Shown: piece after piece, positions 58,414 through 64,000 of the stretch | How the letters are laid out: the number at the start of each line of letters is the position of its first letter | Numbering within the stretch: the stretch's first letter is position 1 | Assembly (NCBI GenBank): GCA_016185615.1 | Contig: JACPNE010000007.1 | Span: 1,760 to 65,759, forward strand | DNA: 64,000 nucleotides | Source of the DNA: Candidatus Woesearchaeota archaeon | GTDB taxonomy: Archaea > Nanobdellota > Nanobdellia > SCGC-AAA011-G17 > JACPNG01 | Direction of reading: 5' to 3' | Notes under the pieces: model-generated | The model's database searches: none | The model's input: only the letters and a program-made list of their open reading frames with translations | Told to the model about the DNA's origin: nothing | Translations under genes and position numbers: made by a program

Positions 58414-58954
58414 TCAATCCTTATTGGAATTAAGAAATGAAGCTAAAGCAAGGAAGCCAGATTTTCTTAGACAGGATGCCCACAGAGTAAGAAAGCTAAA
58501 GAAAAGATGGATTAGACCCAAGGGCAGACATTCAAAGATGAGATTTGGATTAAGGGGATATAGAAAAAGCCCGTCAATAGGATATTCTTCTCCAATAGAA
58601 GTCAAATACTTAAATATGTATGGGGAAAAAGAAATTTTGGTAAATAATTTAGCTGATTTAAATAAGATAACAAAAGAAAATGAAGTTGTATTACTATCTA
58701 GCAATTTGGGTTTAAGGAAGAGACTTGAGATATTAAAAAAAGCAAAGGAACTGAATCTTAAAGTTTCTAATCTAAAAAATATTGACTCTTTTATCAACAA
58801 CATAGAGAATTTCTTCAAAGATAAGAAGAAGAAAAGGGAAGAAAAGAAAGCAAAGAAGGAAACAAAAGTAGAACAAAAGAAAGAGACAAAAGAAGAAGCT
58901 AAAGAGGATGAAAAGGAAGTAAAAAGAAAAGTATTGGAGAGCAAGAAGGTATAA
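58400..58954 (+). CDS. rpl32e: 50S ribosomal protein L32e with charged C-terminal extension
   Basis: KPDFLRQD...WIRPKGRHSKMR. Confidence 0.93.
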   Translation: MKRNNQSLLELRNEAKARKPDFLRQDAHRVRKLKKRWIRPKGRHSKMRFGLRGYRKSPSIGYSSPIEVKYLNMYGEKEILVNNLADLNKITKENEVVLLSSNLGLRKRLEILKKAKELNLKVSNLKNIDSFINNIENFFKDKKKKREEKKAKKETKVEQKKETKEEAKEDEKEVKRKVLESKKV

Positions 58955-58955
58955 A

Positions 58956-59393
58956 ATGAATTTAAGTACCCAGAAAAGACTAGCGTCTGATGTATTAAAG
59001 GTAGGAAAGAATAAGGTTTATTTTGATCAGTCTAGACTTGATGATATAAAAGAAGCCCTTACAAAAGAAGATATAAGAAAATTAGTAAAAGACAAAGTAA
59101 TACAAAAAAAACCAAAAGTTGGAAGTTCAAAATCTAGATTCAGAAAAAGATTAATTCAAAAAAGAAAAGGAAGAAGACAGGGTGAAGGTTCAAAGAAAGG
59201 TAAGCAGGGAGCAAGATTATCCAGAAAAAGAAAATGGATGCTGCTTGTAAGATCACAAAGAAATCTTATTAATGATTTAAGGGATAAGAAAATAATAGAT
59301 AATAAATCTTATAGACAGTTATACAAAAAGGTTAAAGGGGGATTTTTTAGAAGCAGGAGACACATTAAACTTTATTTGGGGGAACAAAAATGA
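58956..59393 (+). CDS. rpl19e: 50S ribosomal protein L19e
   Basis: LSTQKRLASDVLKVG, GSKKG..GAR. Confidence 0.96.
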   Translation: MNLSTQKRLASDVLKVGKNKVYFDQSRLDDIKEALTKEDIRKLVKDKVIQKKPKVGSSKSRFRKRLIQKRKGRRQGEGSKKGKQGARLSRKRKWMLLVRSQRNLINDLRDKKIIDNKSYRQLYKKVKGGFFRSRRHIKLYLGEQK

Positions 59394-59872
59394 GTTATCT
59401 TAAAAGGAAAAGATTAGGATTAACTGACTATAAGAAAAGGTTAAGATTAATCTCTTCAAATAAGCCAAGATTAGTAGTTAGAAGAACATTAAAACATTTA
59501 ACAGCCCAAATTGTTCAATATAATCCAAATGGAGATTTAGTAATAACCTCAGCAAATACAAAAGAATTATCAAAATACGGATGGAAAAGAGATACAAACA
59601 ATATCCCATCATCATACTTATTGGGAATATTAATTGGAAAGAAAGCCCATAAAAAAAATATAAAAGATCCAATATTGGATTTAGGTTTGCAAAGACCCGC
59701 TAAGAAAGGGGTATTATATGCATTATTAAAGGGGGCTATAGACTCTGGTTTGAATATTCCATCAAGTAAAGAAGCCTTTCCGGAAGAGCAAAAAATAAAA
59801 GGAGAGCACATCAAAAATTTTCCTTTAGATGATTTTAAGAAAACAAAGGAGAGCATAGAACAAAATGCCTGA
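59390..59872 (+). CDS. rpl18: 50S ribosomal protein L18
   Basis: TDYKKRLRL, PRLVVRRT, LKGAIDSGL. Confidence 0.96.
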   Translation: MSYLKRKRLGLTDYKKRLRLISSNKPRLVVRRTLKHLTAQIVQYNPNGDLVITSANTKELSKYGWKRDTNNIPSSYLLGILIGKKAHKKNIKDPILDLGLQRPAKKGVLYALLKGAIDSGLNIPSSKEAFPEEQKIKGEHIKNFPLDDFKKTKESIEQNA

Positions 59873-60689
59873 AGACAAAGTAGAACAATTAATTGAAGAC
59901 CAAGAAGTTGAGATTCCTATAGAGGCTCCAGTAGAGATTCCAATAGAATCTCCAGTAGGAATTCCAGAAGAGGTTGTTATAGAAGAAACTAAATCTGCTG
60001 ATTTGGATTTATGGGAACCTAAAACTGATTTAGGCAGGAAAGTCAAATCTGGAGAGATAACAAATATAGATTATATACTTGATAATGGAATTAGGATAAT
60101 GGAAGTTGAAATAGTAGATAGATTACTTCCAAACCTTGAATCAGACTTAATTTTAATCGGACAAAGCAAAGGAAAGTTTGGTGGTGGAAAGAGATCTATC
60201 TGGAGACAGACCCAAAAGAAGACAAAAGAAGGAAACAAACCAAAGTTTTCAGCATTGGTTGTAGTAGGGAATAAAGATGGATATGTGGGAATTGGTTTGG
60301 GAAAAGCAAAAGAAACGGTTCCAGCAAGGGAAAAAGCTATGAGAAATTCCAAACTAAACATAATTAAAATAAAAAGGGGTTCAGGCTCATGGGAATCTGA
60401 GGCAGCAGAACCTAATTCAATCCCTTGTAAAGTAGAGGGTAAGATGGGATCTTCAAGAATAGTATTAATGTCTGCACCAAAGGGAACAGGACTTAGATTA
60501 GAAAAGGAATGTGCTAAAATGTTGCAATTAGCTGGTATAAGCGATGTTTATTCAAAGACATTTGGCCAGACTAAAACAAAAATAAATTTGATTAATGCCT
60601 GTTTCAATGCATTAAAAAAATTGTCAAAAATAAGAATGAGAGAAGAATTCATAAAAAAATCAGGACTGGTTTCAGGACATGCCAAATAA
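59865..60689 (+). CDS. rps5: 30S ribosomal protein S5 with acidic N-terminal extension
   Basis: WEPKTDLGRKV, VVVGNKDGYVG, APKGTGL. Confidence 0.97.
   Translation: MPEDKVEQLIEDQEVEIPIEAPVEIPIESPVGIPEEVVIEETKSADLDLWEPKTDLGRKVKSGEITNIDYILDNGIRIMEVEIVDRLLPNLESDLILIGQSKGKFGGGKRSIWRQTQKKTKEGNKPKFSALVVVGNKDGYVGIGLGKAKETVPAREKAMRNSKLNIIKIKRGSGSWESEAAEPNSIPCKVEGKMGSSRIVLMSAPKGTGLRLEKECAKMLQLAGISDVYSKTFGQTKTKINLINACFNALKKLSKIRMREEFIKKSGLVSGHAK
59910..59972 (+). repeat. In-frame 24-bp tandem repeat (about 2.5 copies) in the rps5 5' extension
   Basis: GAGATTCCTATAGAGGCTCCAGTA / GAGATTCCAATAGAATCTCCAGTA / GGAATTCCAGAAGAG. Confidence 0.75.
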
Positions 60690-61152
60690 GATAGCTGTTG
60701 TAAGGATAAGGGGAAAACTTAACATAAGGAAAGAGATAGTGGATACTATGAATATGTTAAAATTATACAAAAAGAATAGTTGTGTTGTTCTCGATATAAA
60801 CGGGCAGAATATAGGGATGGTAACCAAGATGAAGGATTATGTAACTTGGGGGGAGATAGATCAAGATACATTTAAGATACTATTAAAGAAAAGGGGAAAG
60901 TTAGCAGGAAATAAATTATTAACGGAGCAGTATATAAAAGAAAAATTAAATATGGGATTTGATGAATTTGTCAAGGAATTTTTCGAATCAAAAAGAAGAC
61001 TTAAAGATGTTCCAGGATTAAAACAATTTTTCAGATTAAGTCCACCAATAAAAGGTTTTGAAAAGAATGGAATAAAAAAGCCATATTCTATGGGTGGGGT
61101 TTTAGGATATAGAAAAGAAAAAATAAACGAGCTAATAAATAGGATGTCATAA
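60679..61152 (+). CDS. rpl30: 50S ribosomal protein L30
   Basis: IAVVRIRG, YVTWGEI, FRLSPP.KG. Confidence 0.96.
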   Translation: MPNKIAVVRIRGKLNIRKEIVDTMNMLKLYKKNSCVVLDINGQNIGMVTKMKDYVTWGEIDQDTFKILLKKRGKLAGNKLLTEQYIKEKLNMGFDEFVKEFFESKRRLKDVPGLKQFFRLSPPIKGFEKNGIKKPYSMGGVLGYRKEKINELINRMS

Positions 61153-61553
61153 TGAAATACAGAAGAAAGAAAAGTGTTAGAATGCGAGGAACAAAAACAC
61201 ATAGCCACGGCAGCAGAAAGAAATGGAGAAACTCAGGTAGCAGGGGTGGATTCGGAATGGCTGGTTCTGGTAAGAGGGCAGATCAAAGAAAGACATATAT
61301 TCTAAAATATTACGGGACAGATTATTTTGGCAGACATGGATTTCATAGTTTAAGAAAGAAAAAAATAATTTCAATTAATCTTGATGATCTAAACAAATTT
61401 GATAAAGAAGAAATAAATCTTAAAGAATTAGGATATAATAAGTTATTAGGAAGAGGGAATATTTCAAGGAAATTAAAAGTTTATGTTGAATCAGCATCAA
61501 AATTAGCAATAGAAAAAATAAGAGAAAAGGGTGGTGAGGTAATAACCAAATAA
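61152..61553 (+). CDS. rpl15: 50S ribosomal protein L15
   Basis: RGTKTHSHG, GSRGGFGMAG, KLLGRG. Confidence 0.96.
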   Translation: MKYRRKKSVRMRGTKTHSHGSRKKWRNSGSRGGFGMAGSGKRADQRKTYILKYYGTDYFGRHGFHSLRKKKIISINLDDLNKFDKEEINLKELGYNKLLGRGNISRKLKVYVESASKLAIEKIREKGGEVITK

Positions 61554-61554
61554 G

Positions 61555-62958
61555 ATGTCTTTCCTAGATAATATTCTAAATAATCTTCCTGAAGTTAAGT
61601 CCCCTGAACAAAAGAAATTATCATTTAAAGAAAAGTTCAAATGGACAATGATAACTTTAGTTGCATTTTTCATTCTCGGGGTTGTACCTTTATTTGGATT
61701 AGGTCAGAATGCATTGCAACAATTTGAGCAATTATCTATTATATTGGGAGCAAGTTTTGGCTCCATTATCTCATTAGGAATAGGACCAATAGTAACAGCA
61801 TCTATCGTATTACAATTATTAAATGGTTCTGGAATTGTTAAATTTGATACAACAACTCCTGAAGGAAGAAAAAGATTTCAAGGAATCCAGAAATTATTGG
61901 CTGTTTTCTTTATAATTTTCGAATCAGCAATCTTTGTTCTATTAGGAGGACTAGCCCCTTCTCTTCTTTTATCTCCAACAGAATTTAGAATAGTGCAATT
62001 GATATTGATCTCTCAATTATTTTTGGGTGGAATATTAATCTTATTTATGGACGAAGTTATAAGCAAATGGGGATTTGGTTCAGGAGTCAGCTTATTTATA
62101 GCAGCAGGAGTTTCATCACAAATATTCCTTAGGGCATTTTCTCCATTGACAGCTACAGGATTATTAGCATTTGGAACAACACAAGCCCCGGTTGGACAAC
62201 TATGGGTTTTCATAAGATCATTAGTTAGTGGAAATCCATTAGGAGCAATACTGGCTTTATCAACAATATTAGCTACGATATTAATATTTTTAATTGCTGT
62301 TTATGGACAATCAATGAAGATAGAAATCCCATTAAGCTTTGGCAGAGTCCGTGGATACGGAATAAGGTGGCCCCTAAATTTCCTTTATACAAGCAATATT
62401 CCAGTTATATTAATAGCCGCATTAATAGCTAATATCCAACTTTGGGCAAGGCTTTTGGAAAGCAAAGGATATCCTATATTAGGAACATTTGCAGGAAGCC
62501 AGCCAGTATCTGGATTAGTTTCATGGTTATTTCCTCCTAATTTAGTGCAAGCCATAATAACTGGGGGATTTTCCTTGGATTTAATCTCAAAATCATTAAT
62601 ATATATGCTATTTTTTATTCTAGGATCAATAATGTTCTCAATATTCTGGGTTCAAACTTCTGGAATGGATGCAGAATCACAAGCAAGACAGATTATGTCA
62701 TCAGGATTACAAGTTCCGGGATTCAGGAGAGATCCAAGGGTTATAGAACAGATTTTGACAAGATATATCTTTCCTTTAACTGTTATGGGTGGAGCAACAA
62801 TCGGATTATTGGCTGCATCAGCTGATCTATTAGGAGCATTGTCGCAAGGTACAGGAATATTGTTAACAGTAATGATTGTATATAGATTATATCAAGAAAT
62901 AGCACAACAGCACATGGTTGATATGCACCCAATGTTAAGGAAGGTTATGGGCAAGTAA
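61555..62958 (+). CDS. secY: Preprotein translocase subunit SecY
   Basis: LGIGPIVTASIVLQLL, GFGSGVSLFI, YTSNIPVIL, GTGILL. Confidence 0.97.
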   Translation: MSFLDNILNNLPEVKSPEQKKLSFKEKFKWTMITLVAFFILGVVPLFGLGQNALQQFEQLSIILGASFGSIISLGIGPIVTASIVLQLLNGSGIVKFDTTTPEGRKRFQGIQKLLAVFFIIFESAIFVLLGGLAPSLLLSPTEFRIVQLILISQLFLGGILILFMDEVISKWGFGSGVSLFIAAGVSSQIFLRAFSPLTATGLLAFGTTQAPVGQLWVFIRSLVSGNPLGAILALSTILATILIFLIAVYGQSMKIEIPLSFGRVRGYGIRWPLNFLYTSNIPVILIAALIANIQLWARLLESKGYPILGTFAGSQPVSGLVSWLFPPNLVQAIITGGFSLDLISKSLIYMLFFILGSIMFSIFWVQTSGMDAESQARQIMSSGLQVPGFRRDPRVIEQILTRYIFPLTVMGGATIGLLAASADLLGALSQGTGILLTVMIVYRLYQEIAQQHMVDMHPMLRKVMGK

Positions 62959-62959
62959 A

Positions 62960-63400
62960 ATGGTTTTAGAAGGATTTTTTAATATAATATTTGGAAGCTT
63001 AATAAATTATGATCCTTTAATTGCTCTATTAATAATCTCATTTATACTAACATTAATCACAACATTAGCTTACAAATATCTTACAGATCAAGAAAAAATA
63101 AAAGCACTTAAAGATGAGATAAAACAAATCCAAGAAGATATAAAAAAGTTTAAGGATGATCCCAAGAAGGTTATGGAACTTCAAAAACAATCCTTTCAGA
63201 AAGGATTTGTTGATATGATGAGACACCAGATGAAACCCTTATTTTTTACTTTAATTCCTATCTTGATAATATTTAACTGGCTTAGAAATACTTATACTCA
63301 ACATGGGGATTTAATCTTTGGATTTGGGTGGTTCGGGGTATATTTTATCTCAGCAATAATATTTAGTATGATTCTGAGAAAATTATTAAAAGTACATTAA
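62960..63400 (+). CDS. DUF106 / EMC3-TMCO1-like membrane insertase
   Basis: TM, coiled coil, MKPLFFTLIP.., WFGVY; typical position after secY. Confidence 0.88.
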   Translation: MVLEGFFNIIFGSLINYDPLIALLIISFILTLITTLAYKYLTDQEKIKALKDEIKQIQEDIKKFKDDPKKVMELQKQSFQKGFVDMMRHQMKPLFFTLIPILIIFNWLRNTYTQHGDLIFGFGWFGVYFISAIIFSMILRKLLKVH

Positions 63401-63401
63401 G

Positions 63402-63809
63402 ATGGATAAAGAAGAATATCAAAACAAGTATCTTGAATTTCAGGCTTTAGGAGAGCATATAAAACAAATACAAAACTCAATTATGGAGTTAGAGCAGCAG
63501 TTAGCAGAGCTTAGAAAGTTGCAAGAGAGCTTGGAAAGTATAGAAAATACAAAGCTAAATGAAGAAGTTTTAGTCTTGCTGGGAGCAGGAACTTATATAA
63601 AAACTAAACTAGCAGATGATAAAAAAGTTATTATGAATATAGGTGCAGATAAATTAGTAGATAAAAGTATTAATGATTCAATATCATTGGTAAAATCGCA
63701 GACTGATGAGCTTGTAAAAATCCACAATCAGATGAATAATGAATTCATTAATCATACATTAAAATTACAAAAATTACATCAGGAATTACAAACCAATCCT
63801 AATGAATGA
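63402..63809 (+). CDS. pfdA: Prefoldin alpha subunit
   Basis: Coiled coils flanking VLVLLGAGTYI...VIMNIGA. Confidence 0.9.
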   Translation: MDKEEYQNKYLEFQALGEHIKQIQNSIMELEQQLAELRKLQESLESIENTKLNEEVLVLLGAGTYIKTKLADDKKVIMNIGADKLVDKSINDSISLVKSQTDELVKIHNQMNNEFINHTLKLQKLHQELQTNPNE

Positions 63810-64000
63810 GATCCTAAAATATTATTCTAGAAAGGATGTCCAAAAACAAATAATATTATCCTCGACTAACAGGGAAATAGCCGCAAAATACAATGAGAAT
63901 TTTGGCAAACGCCCAGATATCTTGCAATTTGAATCAGATGTTTTGGAATTAGCTAAAAAAGGAGCTACATCATTTCATGTTTCTGTTGAGCATTGGTCTA
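63802..64000 (+). CDS. Partial ORF running off the window; possibly DPANN-type primase (PriS-like N-terminus)
   Basis: MNEILKYYSRKDVQ...FGKRPDILQ...GATSFHVSVEHW, read manually; family call is from recall only. Confidence 0.5.
   Translation, partial: MNEILKYYSRKDVQKQIILSSTNREIAAKYNENFGKRPDILQFESDVLELAKKGATSFHVSVEHWS

Noticed and set aside
58414-58944. 176-aa antisense ORF over rpl32e, and other short antisense ORFs in the r-protein cluster
   Set aside because: Phe/Ser-rich mirror of Lys/Glu-rich sense codons.

Overview
AT-rich archaeal chromosome segment. Gene content and compact organisation point to a DPANN lineage (Woesearchaeota/Pacearchaeota-like; inferred, not searched). Most of the window is core informational machinery: SerRS, UppS, TopA, RadB, Cdc48, MetAP, PolB, FEN1, Trm5, RFC, IleRS, TBP, MCM, RPA, aIF2-beta, aIF1A, topoisomerase VI, MetRS, TrmY, six tRNAs and the L3-to-SecY ribosomal protein cluster. 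The most notable region is the first 4.1 kb. Four 28-bp dif-like sites (11-6-11; arm consensus about AWTTCGNWTAA; all four spacers differ) lie in gene-boundary positions, three of them at or just after stop codons. They divide short accessory genes, including an AbiEii-like nucleotidyltransferase, into modules that end at a XerA/XerD-type tyrosine recombinase. This looks like an archaeal 'dif-module' or integron-analogous cassette array. Other points: a tRNA-Lys(CTT) with two introns (30/31 and 37/38), an ArmA/Rmt-like 16S methyltransferase among ribosome-biogenesis genes, a bacterial-type MetK, a TBP gene with no canonical in-frame start, an unannotated 47-aa basic protein with a strong SD, two frameshifted genes, and near-identical DNA blocks shared by the two AAA domains of Cdc48. 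No CRISPR array, rRNA or IS element was seen.
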